A stretch of 21,736 nucleotides of DNA from Chlamydiales bacterium (GTDB taxonomy: Bacteria; Chlamydiota; Chlamydiia; Chlamydiales; JAAZZY01), in contig CBDBKM010000006.1 in assembly GCA_965206695.1 (NCBI GenBank), positions 1-21,736 on the forward strand. Direction: 5' to 3'. Positions within the stretch are counted from its first letter, which is position 1. Every line of letters begins with the position of its first letter. Of the stretch, positions 8,270-18,117 are shown in pieces. The translations under genes were made by a program, and so were the position numbers. Below the pieces are notes generated by a model. It saw only the letters and a list, made by a program, of their open reading frames with translations, did not search any database and was not told where the DNA came from.

Positions 8270-8298
8270 TTGAGTAGATAAAAAAAAGCCCTTATGTT
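8270..8298 (+). promoter_or_regulatory. Candidate sigma66/sigma70 promoter of OMP paralog 2
   Basis: TTGAGT (8270-8275), 17-bp A-rich spacer, TATGTT (8293-8298). Needed because a terminator separates OMP1 from OMP2. Confidence 0.4.
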
Positions 8299-8356
8299 AA
8301 GTTTTAATTTTTATATGAACTCCGGGACAAAATAAATCCCGGCAACGGAGAAGCTC

Positions 8357-9607
8357 ATGAAGGTCTGTAACTATCTTTTGACTGCCTTGTTAGCGTTATT
8401 TATGACTAACTCTATCTTCGCATCCGGTAATGATGATCCCCTTGGGTTTAGTACCGGGGCTCTAGATGTTGTTAATGAAAAAGATCTCTGGGCAGTTAGA
8501 GATTGGTTAAAATCAAAACGTATTGAATTACACCATAAAAGTGGAGATCTATCTGTCAGCGGAGAAGTTCGCGCTGAGTGGAGAAATATGCATGAGAAGC
8601 TTGGCTCAACTCGTCAAGTTGGCATTGGTTCAGTTAGTGGTTTAGCAAATAATCAGTATGATGTTGAGGTAAACTTATACTTCGATTATTCAACAGAAAA
8701 ATCATGGACAGCGATCAAGCTGGAATTTGACAATGCTATGGGCATGCTTTCAGGTGATATAAATCAAATAGTATTAGAAAGAGCATTCGTTGGATATACG
8801 TTTTATGATGATGGCCTTTATCGAATTGATGGTATGTTAGGTCGACAAAGAATGTATGATCTTTATGATTCAGAGGTTCAATTCAATTCAACTGCAGATG
8901 GAGCTACGGTAAATCTAAATGCTAATTTTGAATGTATAACCGAGATGCTTTTAAAGGGTGGTATATATCTTGCAGATGCTACCGAAGCTCAACCATTTTG
9001 GATCTTTGAAGCAACTTTTTGGGATATTGGTTGTATTGGGTTATATGCTGAATATTCTTTTATAACTTGGGCAAAGAGCGGAACTCGATTTAGAAACGAT
9101 CCAACATTTCAATATTCAAATCATCAAGCTACTATAGGGTATGTTTTCAGTAGAGATTGGTGGCCAATAGATACTCGTATATTTACTGCTTTTGTTATCA
9201 ACCAACAAGCTGATCCTAATGTTATGCAAAGATTAACAAATGGAGTGGTTAGAAGTAGGGAAAATTGGGCATGGTATGTGGCTTTGCAAGTTGGCACGGT
9301 CGAAAAAGCAATGGATTGGGCTGCCCAATTTCAATATCAAGGAGTACAAGCTCAATCGATACCTGACTTTGATGTTTCCGGGATAGGTAGAGGTAATAGT
9401 TTAAATTCACAATCATTTATCAACAATGTCAATGGATTAGGAAATGGTAACGCCAACTATAGTGGATGGGAGCTAGACGGTCTTTTTGCATTATCAGATA
9501 ATATTGTACTCGAGGCACGATTCCAACGAGCTGTATCACAAGAGAAAAAAATTGGAAGGCCTCTTAGTTATACCAATTTTCAAATAGAAGCTATTTACGG
9601 TTTTTAA
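8357..9607 (+). CDS. Outer-membrane beta-barrel protein / putative porin, CT623-like, paralog 2
   Basis: GGAG RBS, signal peptide, full-length similarity to paralog 1, SIPDFDVSGIGRGN, C-terminal AIYGF. Confidence 0.85.
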   Translation: MKVCNYLLTALLALFMTNSIFASGNDDPLGFSTGALDVVNEKDLWAVRDWLKSKRIELHHKSGDLSVSGEVRAEWRNMHEKLGSTRQVGIGSVSGLANNQYDVEVNLYFDYSTEKSWTAIKLEFDNAMGMLSGDINQIVLERAFVGYTFYDDGLYRIDGMLGRQRMYDLYDSEVQFNSTADGATVNLNANFECITEMLLKGGIYLADATEAQPFWIFEATFWDIGCIGLYAEYSFITWAKSGTRFRNDPTFQYSNHQATIGYVFSRDWWPIDTRIFTAFVINQQADPNVMQRLTNGVVRSRENWAWYVALQVGTVEKAMDWAAQFQYQGVQAQSIPDFDVSGIGRGNSLNSQSFINNVNGLGNGNANYSGWELDGLFALSDNIVLEARFQRAVSQEKKIGRPLSYTNFQIEAIYGF

Positions 9608-9634
9608 GCTAAATTGTATTTTCCATATCTTAAA

Positions 9635-9661
9635 AGGAGCCTGTCAGGTCTCCTGTTTTTT
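9635..9661 (+). terminator. Intrinsic terminator after OMP paralog 2
   Basis: AGGAG-CCT-GTC-AGG-T-CTCCT stem followed by GTTTTTT. Confidence 0.7.
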
Positions 9662-9762
9662 CTTATGTCCATGATTTTTTCTGTAATAATAAGAGATTTG
9701 ATTAAGATCGACATTAAAAAATAGATACTTTAACCTTTTTACACATTTCGTGAGTCAGCGCA

Positions 9763-9790
9763 TTGAAATTGAATAACCTTATTCTATAAT
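9763..9790 (+). promoter_or_regulatory. Candidate sigma66/sigma70 promoter of OMP paralog 3
   Basis: TTGAAA (9763-9768), 16-bp spacer, TATAAT (9785-9790), 16 bp upstream of ATG 9807. Confidence 0.55.
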
Positions 9791-9806
9791 AATTGGTACA
9801 AATAAT

Positions 9807-11057
9807 ATGAATACGAAAGAAGCCAAACGCACCGTTTATTTTCTTCTTCTATGTGGATTAATTTATTCCTCTCCTTTAATTTCTCAAGTTTCGCCTAAGT
9901 GTAATTTGGTTAACCCTACATGTGAGTTTGTTGAGAAGGCGGATAAAAAAGAAATAGTTAAATGGCTAAAAAAAATGGAACGACCCGGAGTTGAGAGTGT
10001 AAAAAATCTTTCAATAAATGGTCAAGTAACCGCTAAGTGGAAAAATATACATGAAAAACTGGGTGGCATCAAACAGGTAGGAATGAATAGTGTAACCGGA
10101 ATTCCTAATAATCAATTTGAAATTGATGTGAAGCTTCAATTTAATTATCGAGAAGGTAAAACTTGGGTAGGAATTGAATGTGATTTTGATAATAAATTAG
10201 GCAGTCATTCAGGAACTATAGACCGGATTTCATTAAATAGAGCTTATTTAGGTTATCATTTTCTTAAATTTGGCCCTGTCAGTTTCGACCTGACTGTCGG
10301 AAGAAGAAAAATGAGCGAGATGTACAATTCTGATATTGAATTTGATTCAAGGGCTGAAGGGGCGACACTTATTCTGGTCGCTGAACTTGAGAAAATGGTC
10401 GCTATAAATTTAAAATATGGTTTGTATTTAGTTGATGCAAGAGTTGCCCAACCGATGTGGGTTGCTCAAGTAGCTCTATATAATATAGCCAATATAGGAA
10501 CCTATATTGATTATACGCTAACCGATTGGACTCATACGGGTATTGATAGAAACGGTATTCGTGACAATCCACAATATAGATTTATTATCTCTCAATGGTT
10601 AGTCGGTTGGAATTTTTTACCTAAATATATAAAAAAGGATATCAAATTATTTGCTGCTTTTTTACTAAATCATGATGCTCAAAGAACAGCCGTGACAAAG
10701 AATAAAAAAGAAAATATTGGATGGTATGCAGGGTTTCAATTTGGAGCTGTTAGAAAGCGCCGGGATTTTGCGTTAAAAGCGGAATGGCAAATGGTACAAG
10801 CCCAAGCGATTCCTGATTTTGATATATCCGGGATTGAAAGAGGTAATGCTCAAGGTGGAACATTCTTTTTAACTCCGGGGAAACCACAATTTAATGGTAA
10901 CGGTAACTACCAAGGTGCTGAAGTAAGCCTTTTATTGGCAATTTCCGATTATATAACGATTAAACCGAGAGTTCAACGAGCTGTTTCTGCTGATAAAAAT
11001 ATCGGTGATTCGGTTTCCTATACAGCTTTTAAAATAGATACTAGCTATACTTTCTAA
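9807..11057 (+). CDS. Outer-membrane beta-barrel protein / putative porin, CT623-like, paralog 3
   Basis: Signal peptide, AIPDFDISGIERGN, shared W.NIHEKL and RAYLGYH blocks, C-terminal SYTF. Confidence 0.83.
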   Translation: MNTKEAKRTVYFLLLCGLIYSSPLISQVSPKCNLVNPTCEFVEKADKKEIVKWLKKMERPGVESVKNLSINGQVTAKWKNIHEKLGGIKQVGMNSVTGIPNNQFEIDVKLQFNYREGKTWVGIECDFDNKLGSHSGTIDRISLNRAYLGYHFLKFGPVSFDLTVGRRKMSEMYNSDIEFDSRAEGATLILVAELEKMVAINLKYGLYLVDARVAQPMWVAQVALYNIANIGTYIDYTLTDWTHTGIDRNGIRDNPQYRFIISQWLVGWNFLPKYIKKDIKLFAAFLLNHDAQRTAVTKNKKENIGWYAGFQFGAVRKRRDFALKAEWQMVQAQAIPDFDISGIERGNAQGGTFFLTPGKPQFNGNGNYQGAEVSLLLAISDYITIKPRVQRAVSADKNIGDSVSYTAFKIDTSYTF

Positions 11058-12730
11058 GGATTAGCTATTGGCGAGCCTTTAGGGTCAGATAAAGCAATAT
11101 AGCATTTGCTTTTTCTTAACCATGAGAGTAAGGAGGTTTTGGTCCTGCTTTTTTCAATAATTAATGAAACAAATCTTGTATCTTCAATTTCTTGTGAGTT
11201 TATTTCCTTTTTAAATATACAAATTGAACGCCCCCTATTGAGCGCATGTTGCCATTCATTCTGTATTTTATTAAAATCAGGATCTTGTTCGATAAAATAT
11301 ATTTTTGCTATCCCTAACATCTTTTTTATGAATCCCTTATGTTTAGAGGGGTGAGCAATCAAGAAAATCATTCGAGGGGAGGTTGTCATTAATGCCAGAC
11401 ATTTTATCCAATAAGGATAAGAACAAATAAATAGAGAATGGCATCTTTCGCTTTCTTCATATTTTTCCGATGTGTGAATGTGTAATAATACTCTAGAAAA
11501 GAAAGTTAAGAATAAACGTAAAAAACGTTCAAAAATAAAACAAGCCAAAACGATAGTCATTAAAAATGACAATAGCCCCATAACTTTAAATCCTTGTGCC
11601 GAGGTCATATTTAATTTATTACTAAACAAAGATAAAGTAGCTGAGGCAAGTAAAATCCCGGTAAAACTTAAAAAGCTAGAGGAGGCTATTATTCTGCCTC
11701 TATCATGCACCGGACTTACGTATTGGATGAATGTATCAACAGGAACAATAAAAAGTCCGCCAAATAATCCCATCAAGACTAAGAAAATAATTACCGGAAT
11801 AATATGGACATCGAAAAACCCCAGGAATACAAAGCAAGTAGAGATTCCTAATGCTCCCCATATTATTAAGCCCAACTCGATACTTTTGCCGGATAAAGTA
11901 CCTGCTAAAATAGATCCTAGTCCAATTCCAAATGCGGTGCATAGAAAAAGATAACCACCATAGAGATCAGATAATCCAAGGCTTTGAATGGCATATGGAA
12001 TAATATTAAGCTGAGTATAGGCTCCAATATACCAAAAATAGGCACATCCGATAATGATCGTTAGTAACGCTTGTTTTTTTCTTGCAAGAAGTAATGATTT
12101 ATAAACATCGTAGAGAAAAAATAGATGTATTTTGCTATCTGATTTTTTTGCTTGAGTGGGTTCTATTTTTAAGCTCGCAAAAAAGCCTAGTACGGCGATT
12201 AATTCGCAAAAAGAACCGGCAAATACATAATTTCGATGACGGATTTCAATAAGAAAGGACGCTAAAAAGGTACCAAAGATAATGGCTAAAAAAGTCATCA
12301 GACTCAAAAGACCGTTAGCACGAGATAATCTTCTTGGATGAACAAGTTCCGGGATGATGCCATATTTAGACGGACTAAAAATAGCGCTTTGTGCAGCAAG
12401 AAAAAATAAGGCAAGATAGACTCCCCAAGTGCTTCTAAAATAAATCATGGTAAGCCCGAATGACATAACGACGAGTTCCATGGCTTTCGTAAATACGATG
12501 ATATTACGTTTACTATGACGATCCGCCAGTATACCGGAGGGCATTGAAAATAATAAAAATGGCAGGACAAAAACAGCGCCGGCAATAGCTAGAATAGTAC
12601 TACTGGCAGCTGTGCCTTTTAAATCTATTAGCATATATACTATGACTAGTTTAAAAATATTATCATTTAAACCGCCTAAGAATTGAACGATATTTAGGTA
12701 TGTAAATGATGTCAGTTTTGAAAATTTCAT
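11054..12730 (-). CDS. MFS transporter, LplT/YgeD (lysophospholipid transporter)-like, with degenerate C-terminal acyltransferase-like domain
   Basis: QFLGGLNDNIFK, LPFLLFSMPSGILADRHSKR (MFS motif A), FSPSKYGIIPELV, ~12 hydrophobic segments, then a soluble tail. Confidence 0.85.
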   Translation of the reverse strand: MKFSKLTSFTYLNIVQFLGGLNDNIFKLVIVYMLIDLKGTAASSTILAIAGAVFVLPFLLFSMPSGILADRHSKRNIIVFTKAMELVVMSFGLTMIYFRSTWGVYLALFFLAAQSAIFSPSKYGIIPELVHPRRLSRANGLLSLMTFLAIIFGTFLASFLIEIRHRNYVFAGSFCELIAVLGFFASLKIEPTQAKKSDSKIHLFFLYDVYKSLLLARKKQALLTIIIGCAYFWYIGAYTQLNIIPYAIQSLGLSDLYGGYLFLCTAFGIGLGSILAGTLSGKSIELGLIIWGALGISTCFVFLGFFDVHIIPVIIFLVLMGLFGGLFIVPVDTFIQYVSPVHDRGRIIASSSFLSFTGILLASATLSLFSNKLNMTSAQGFKVMGLLSFLMTIVLACFIFERFLRLFLTFFSRVLLHIHTSEKYEESERCHSLFICSYPYWIKCLALMTTSPRMIFLIAHPSKHKGFIKKMLGIAKIYFIEQDPDFNKIQNEWQHALNRGRSICIFKKEINSQEIEDTRFVSLIIEKSRTKTSLLSWLRKSKCYIALSDPKGSPIANP

Positions 12731-12777
12731 AAATTAAAAGCGCCTAAAGGATTTTGTTTGTTGTAAGATAAGATCTT

Positions 12778-14520
12778 CTACTTTAGTAGATAAGGAGGTT
12801 CTAATGTTATCTCAATTGAAATAGATAAAACTTTAAAAAAATGAAAAAAAGAAGCCTCTTTTTCAGGATGTTTATTTTCCGTAATTGTGATAGGTATAAC
12901 AGGCCTACCCTCTATTTGGTGTGTATTGGTTATAAATGCCTGCCAAATACTATCTTCTATATGTTCCGGCTTTTTAGCATTTTGAAAAACACAGATAGTA
13001 TACCCTTGATTTAAAACTTTTTTCAACTCTAAATGATAATTTTTTTTATGGTTTTCTTTTGACCCATAAGGCATTGGAAGAATATGAAAAAGTTTGTAGA
13101 GCATACACATTAATTGATTCGGAGAACGCTTTAAAAATCGAATGAAATAGATTTTAGGACATAATTGAATTAAGGTCAGGATATTCATAAATGAGTATTC
13201 GGAGCACAGTAAAAAAGCATTCCCTTTCTCAATATCTGTTTTCTCCCCTTTTATATTGATATCGAAGAAAACTCTAGATAAGAATACACCAATAAATCGT
13301 GTAAAATAATCGGGTAATAGGAAGCTAATAATTATAGAAACTAAAAATGTTAATCCTCCTATGATAAGGTAGCCTTCAGCTGCACTTAGTTTTAAAACAT
13401 CACCCAATAATGCAATAGCTCCGGCTGCACATAGAACACCCGCAAATGCTAACAAGCTTGAGCCGGCAACTATCTCACCTCTATCTTTATCCGGGCTTAC
13501 TATTTGAATATATGCATCTAGAGGTACGATGTATAATCCGCCATTTAAACCCAAAGAAAAGATAAAAAAGATAACTAACCACATGTTGGTATCAAAAAAG
13601 TACATGAGAATATAAGAGAAAGCCGTTCCAAATGCTCCAATTAAACAAAGGCCCAGTTCAACATTTTTTCCTGATAGCACAACAACTAACATAGAACCTA
13701 CGCCTATACCCAAGGCGGCGATTAAAAAAACATATCCGGTTTGAACGTCAGTAATTCCTAATGATTGAATGCCAAAAGGGATCATGTTTAGTTGTGTATA
13801 TGAAGCGGTAAACAAGAAATAAGAGGAGGCAAATATAGTAAGTAATAAGTGGGGTTGCTTACTTGCTAATTTTAGGCTTCTAATGATCTCAACAAAAAAT
13901 AAAGGGTTAATTTGTTTCTTAGGATTTTGAACAGGTGTTTTTTCTATTTGCAAGCCCATGAAGACACTAATAATAGCTAATATGACGCACAAGACAGTCA
14001 CTAGAACATAATTTCTTCCTGAAATTTGCGTGACGAAAGAGGCTAAAAAAGTTCCAAAAATAATAGCCAAATACGTGAAGAGCGTCATAATCCCATTTGC
14101 TTTGGATATTTTTTCAACTTTTACAATTTCGGGTAGGATAGCATATTTAACGGGATTAAAGACCGCTGCCTGTAAAGCCACGCAAAATAAGGCAAAATAA
14201 GCGGCATATTCATTCTGATAATGCATAGCTACCACACCAATGAGCATACCAACAACTTCAGCTATAAGAGTCCAGACTAATAAATTTCTTTTACAGTATT
14301 TGTCTGCAAGGTCACCGGCCGGCATGGAAAAGATTAAAAAAGGTAAAACAAAAAGAGCTCCTGATATCGCTAAGATTCTATTACTTGTGGCGGTTCCTAA
14401 CAAATCAATTAAGGAGTAGGCTACCAGTAGACGAAAAATACTATCGTTTATAGTTACGAGAAATTGACTGACATTTAGGTAGGTAAAAGAGGAAAATTTC
14501 TTCCAAAAAGGGAAGGGCAT
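12778..14520 (-). CDS. MFS transporter, LplT/YgeD-like, with degenerate C-terminal acyltransferase-like domain (tandem paralog)
   Basis: QFLVTINDSIFR, LPFLIFSMPAGDLADKYCKR, FNPVKYAILPEIV; collinear with 11054-12730. Confidence 0.85.
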   Translation of the reverse strand: MPFPFWKKFSSFTYLNVSQFLVTINDSIFRLLVAYSLIDLLGTATSNRILAISGALFVLPFLIFSMPAGDLADKYCKRNLLVWTLIAEVVGMLIGVVAMHYQNEYAAYFALFCVALQAAVFNPVKYAILPEIVKVEKISKANGIMTLFTYLAIIFGTFLASFVTQISGRNYVLVTVLCVILAIISVFMGLQIEKTPVQNPKKQINPLFFVEIIRSLKLASKQPHLLLTIFASSYFLFTASYTQLNMIPFGIQSLGITDVQTGYVFLIAALGIGVGSMLVVVLSGKNVELGLCLIGAFGTAFSYILMYFFDTNMWLVIFFIFSLGLNGGLYIVPLDAYIQIVSPDKDRGEIVAGSSLLAFAGVLCAAGAIALLGDVLKLSAAEGYLIIGGLTFLVSIIISFLLPDYFTRFIGVFLSRVFFDINIKGEKTDIEKGNAFLLCSEYSFMNILTLIQLCPKIYFIRFLKRSPNQLMCMLYKLFHILPMPYGSKENHKKNYHLELKKVLNQGYTICVFQNAKKPEHIEDSIWQAFITNTHQIEGRPVIPITITENKHPEKEASFFHFFKVLSISIEITLEPPYLLK

Positions 14521-14614
14521 GCTTTTTCCAAATAATAGTTATATAAAGCTCAAGTTATCAAGGTTTTTGATAAAATACAAATGTGTTATTATTTTCATAA
14601 ATTAGGATAGTTTC

Positions 14615-17600
14615 ATGATTGATAACCCACTGAAACCCACATTCATATTTAGCAATAAAATGGAGCAACTGTTTGAACAGCTTCGCGATAATCTTTTTGT
14701 GAATACATCGGCTTTTTCCAATCGGTTATTACTTGTTCCATTTCAAGGAACAAGATCTTGGGTCTTTCTTCAGCTAGCTAAAGATCCTAAGATACAAATT
14801 GCTATGGGTTTGAAAACGCTATATTTAAAGGAAGGGATCAATCAATTACTAACTTTTTTAGATGACAAGAAAGAAGATCTGTTAATCCCCAATCAAATTG
14901 AGCTAGCCTTAGTTTTAGAGCTTGAAATCATTGAAATCATCACATCTTTTCATCTTTTCAACGAAGATTTACAACAACTATTTTTACCACTTTTAAATTA
15001 TCTAAAAATCCGGTTATCTCATTCTATTCAGTTATCTGCCCATTCTCGAAGACGCTTAGAGTCACTAAGCGAACATTTAGCAAGCTTATTTTTAGATTAT
15101 ATGCAGTATGCTTCAAAGATGCTTGATTGCTGGGAAAAAGAAAAATCAAAGTATTGGCAACAAGAAATCTGGAAAAGAATATTTACAGAAAAAAAAGTTT
15201 TTTCACCCATAAACCGAGAAATACAAAATTTCGAACCACAAAAATCCACTATGGGTGATATGCAAATACATCTTTTTGCATTTAGCTTCATTTCAAAATT
15301 GCATTTCGATTTTTTTATTCAAATTTCTAAAGTAATACCGGTATTTATTTATACCGTCTCTCCTTGTCAAATGTTTTGGACAGATAGCAAAACATTTTAT
15401 GAACAGAATCAATTAAAGAGATTTTGGCAAAAAAAGGGGGCAGCTATAAAAGAACTGGAACAATTAGACAATTATTTACGAGATAATAATCCACTATTGG
15501 CAAATTTTTCAAAGGTGGGAAGAGAAGGCTTAAAGTATTTAGAAGATGAAGAGGCTTATATTAAAGAAAATTATCAAGCCTCAGGCAATACGTTAGCCCA
15601 AGGGTCAGATCAGCCATTTTTAAAAGAGTCTAAACAAGAAGAGACGCATACAAAAAAAACAACTCTTCTAAATACTATTCAAGATGATATTCTATTCATG
15701 AGGCGTCCTAATCCACAACATTCACATCTTTTATTGGATGAGGATGATTCTTTTCAAATTCATATCACTTGCAGCAAGCGAAGAGAAGTAGAGATTATGT
15801 ATCATAATCTCTTAAGAATCATTGAAGATAGTCAAAAATCGGGTGAGTCCATCCAGCCTAGTGATATTATGGTAATGGCTCCGAATATCAATGAATATAG
15901 TCATCATATTCGTGCAATTTTTAGTCATTCGGATAGTGTATTAGATTACTATCTAAGTGATGTTGATCTTCAAACATATAGTCCGGTCATTCAGCATTTT
16001 TTTCATTTCTTAAATCTTTCAAAAAGCCGTTTAAAAAAGAGTGAACTATTCTATCTTTTTGAAAATCCTGATTTTATGAGACGTCATATATTAACTAAAG
16101 AGGAAGTTATCTTATGGCGTGAATGGATAGATAAATCGGGCATCTATTGGGGTGAGCATGCTGAACATAAAGAAGCTTTACTTAATGAAAGTTATGAAAA
16201 AGCTGCTTTATTGGAAAAAACCGATATTGGTACCTGGCAAGGTGGATTTAATCAACTAATCATGGCCCTATCTTGTTTTGTGGATGACAGTATTACTATA
16301 GAGAATATGGCTTGTTTTGATTATCCGCTGGAAGGAATAGAGCTAACATATGCCCAAAGTATTGGGAAACTTATCTATTTATTTCGTTCAATGAGGAAAG
16401 ATCTTGCCCCTTTAAGCGATGGAACTCAATTAAGCTTAAAAGAATGGTCTCAATACCTTACCTCTCTTTTTGAAAGCTATTTTTCTATTGATTTGATGGA
16501 TCATAGAAAAACCAATGATTTAAAGGTTCTAATAGACAAAATCAACTTGCTCAATACCTTAGAATTGAAAGAGAAAGTATTCCCTTTTAGCAGCATTGAA
16601 CGTCATTTAAATGCACTATTATCTCAAGAGACTATAAATTTAAGAGAAGGAGGATTACAAAATGTTCATTTTTGCTCCTTAAAACCATCTCGTGCTCTAC
16701 CGGCAAAGGTCATCTATTTAATGGGTATGGATGAAGCCTCATATCCCAGGAAACTCAAGCAACAATCTTTCAACCATATGCAATTTACAACAGTCGACTA
16801 CCAACCCTCATCGGTAGATAATGATCGGTATCTTTATTTGGAATTGATTTTGTCAGCCAGAAAATTTTTTATGATTTCTTATCAAGGCTTGTCATTAATA
16901 GATCAAAAAAAACAATCTGCCTCCCTATGTATAACTGAAACATTAAGCTATATAAATCGTTTTTATTCATTTAAGAATAGAAAGCCAACAGAGGTTTTTA
17001 TTAAAGAACACCCTCTGATCCCTTTTCACCATAAATATTTTGATCCTAAAAAAAAGGATTTTTGGGAGTCGTCAACAAGTCATTTTCATTTGGCCAAGGC
17101 ATACTATAAAAAAGATAAAATGGATCATCCTTTTTTTATTTCTGACTATTTAGACCCTGAAAAGCAAATATCCTTGCCGACATATCCTGAAGGGAATGTG
17201 GTAATCGATTTAAAAGATTTATATACCTTATCAAGTAATCCCTTAAAATTTTATTTTAATAAAACATTAGGCATGTATTTAAGAGGTGACTCCGAGGCTT
17301 CAGAGGATGAATCTTTTACGCTAACTCATATCGATAAGTCAATTATGAGCAAAATGGCTTTAAGGGTTGGGGTAGAAAAAAGCAATCAAATACATGATAT
17401 GCGAGGACAAATACCCCTAGGGCTTTTTAAGCATTTAGCTCATGAACAAATAGAACAAAATGTTTTGGACATTGAGATGAGTTTAGAAAGTTTTGAGATC
17501 AATACAGGTGAAATATTTACTATTGAGTTAGCAGAAGATGTTCATCAGATCAAACAATTTGCCGATGATTATTGGCTGGTCCCTGCACTAACATTTGATT

Positions 17601-18097
17601 TAGGAAATAAATTAACTGTTACTCTGAAAGGACATTTAAAGGATGTGACATTAAAGGGATTGGTTCTTTTCAAAAAGCAATCCATCCAAGATATTGTTAA
17701 ATGTTGGCCTATTTTGTTGGCCTATTGTTTTCTATCAAATACAACGGCTTTTCCGGGTAAAAATGAAATCCTATTCACCAGAGATTTAAAAAAATTAGCC
17801 TTTAATGGGAAGGAACTTTTCTCTTCTTTAAAAGAATATATTCAGTACTATTTTCTGGCTTTAGAAAATCCTCTTCCATTTTTACCTTCTTGGGTTCAAT
17901 CTTTCTATCATTTAGATATTGCTTCGATAGAAAAAGACATACGTTCTATATCCGATGATACAAAACGAAATTTTTATAATCAGTATGCCAAATGGATTTT
18001 TAAAGGAAGCGATTTCACGTTTAGCAAAAATTTGCTCTACGAATATTCCGCTTTAGCGAAGAAACTGTTTTTCCCATTAGATCATTTATTTAAGTAA
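14615..18097 (+). CDS. recC: Exodeoxyribonuclease V gamma subunit
   Basis: N-terminal FSNKMEQL, SPCQMFW.D, NPLLANF, SKRREVEI, DIMVMAPNI..Y, PAKVIYLMGMDE..YPR, DRYLYLELILSAR, HPLIPF; directly upstream of recB. Confidence 0.93.
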   Translation: MIDNPLKPTFIFSNKMEQLFEQLRDNLFVNTSAFSNRLLLVPFQGTRSWVFLQLAKDPKIQIAMGLKTLYLKEGINQLLTFLDDKKEDLLIPNQIELALVLELEIIEIITSFHLFNEDLQQLFLPLLNYLKIRLSHSIQLSAHSRRRLESLSEHLASLFLDYMQYASKMLDCWEKEKSKYWQQEIWKRIFTEKKVFSPINREIQNFEPQKSTMGDMQIHLFAFSFISKLHFDFFIQISKVIPVFIYTVSPCQMFWTDSKTFYEQNQLKRFWQKKGAAIKELEQLDNYLRDNNPLLANFSKVGREGLKYLEDEEAYIKENYQASGNTLAQGSDQPFLKESKQEETHTKKTTLLNTIQDDILFMRRPNPQHSHLLLDEDDSFQIHITCSKRREVEIMYHNLLRIIEDSQKSGESIQPSDIMVMAPNINEYSHHIRAIFSHSDSVLDYYLSDVDLQTYSPVIQHFFHFLNLSKSRLKKSELFYLFENPDFMRRHILTKEEVILWREWIDKSGIYWGEHAEHKEALLNESYEKAALLEKTDIGTWQGGFNQLIMALSCFVDDSITIENMACFDYPLEGIELTYAQSIGKLIYLFRSMRKDLAPLSDGTQLSLKEWSQYLTSLFESYFSIDLMDHRKTNDLKVLIDKINLLNTLELKEKVFPFSSIERHLNALLSQETINLREGGLQNVHFCSLKPSRALPAKVIYLMGMDEASYPRKLKQQSFNHMQFTTVDYQPSSVDNDRYLYLELILSARKFFMISYQGLSLIDQKKQSASLCITETLSYINRFYSFKNRKPTEVFIKEHPLIPFHHKYFDPKKKDFWESSTSHFHLAKAYYKKDKMDHPFFISDYLDPEKQISLPTYPEGNVVIDLKDLYTLSSNPLKFYFNKTLGMYLRGDSEASEDESFTLTHIDKSIMSKMALRVGVEKSNQIHDMRGQIPLGLFKHLAHEQIEQNVLDIEMSLESFEINTGEIFTIELAEDVHQIKQFADDYWLVPALTFDLGNKLTVTLKGHLKDVTLKGLVLFKKQSIQDIVKCWPILLAYCFLSNTTAFPGKNEILFTRDLKKLAFNGKELFSSLKEYIQYYFLALENPLPFLPSWVQSFYHLDIASIEKDIRSISDDTKRNFYNQYAKWIFKGSDFTFSKNLLYEYSALAKKLFFPLDHLFK

Positions 18098-18117
18098 GAT
18101 AAAAAGGATTTACCATT

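Noticed and set aside
6840..8688. Identical 20-nt tract GTAAACTTATACTTCGATTA in OMP1 and OMP2 as gene-conversion evidence
   Set aside because: It encodes a conserved strand (VNLYFDY); ordinary paralog conservation is sufficient.
9807..9860. Lipoprotein signal in OMP paralog 3 (LLLC)
   Set aside because: Does not fit the lipobox consensus; paralogy and the C-terminal Phe indicate a beta-barrel.
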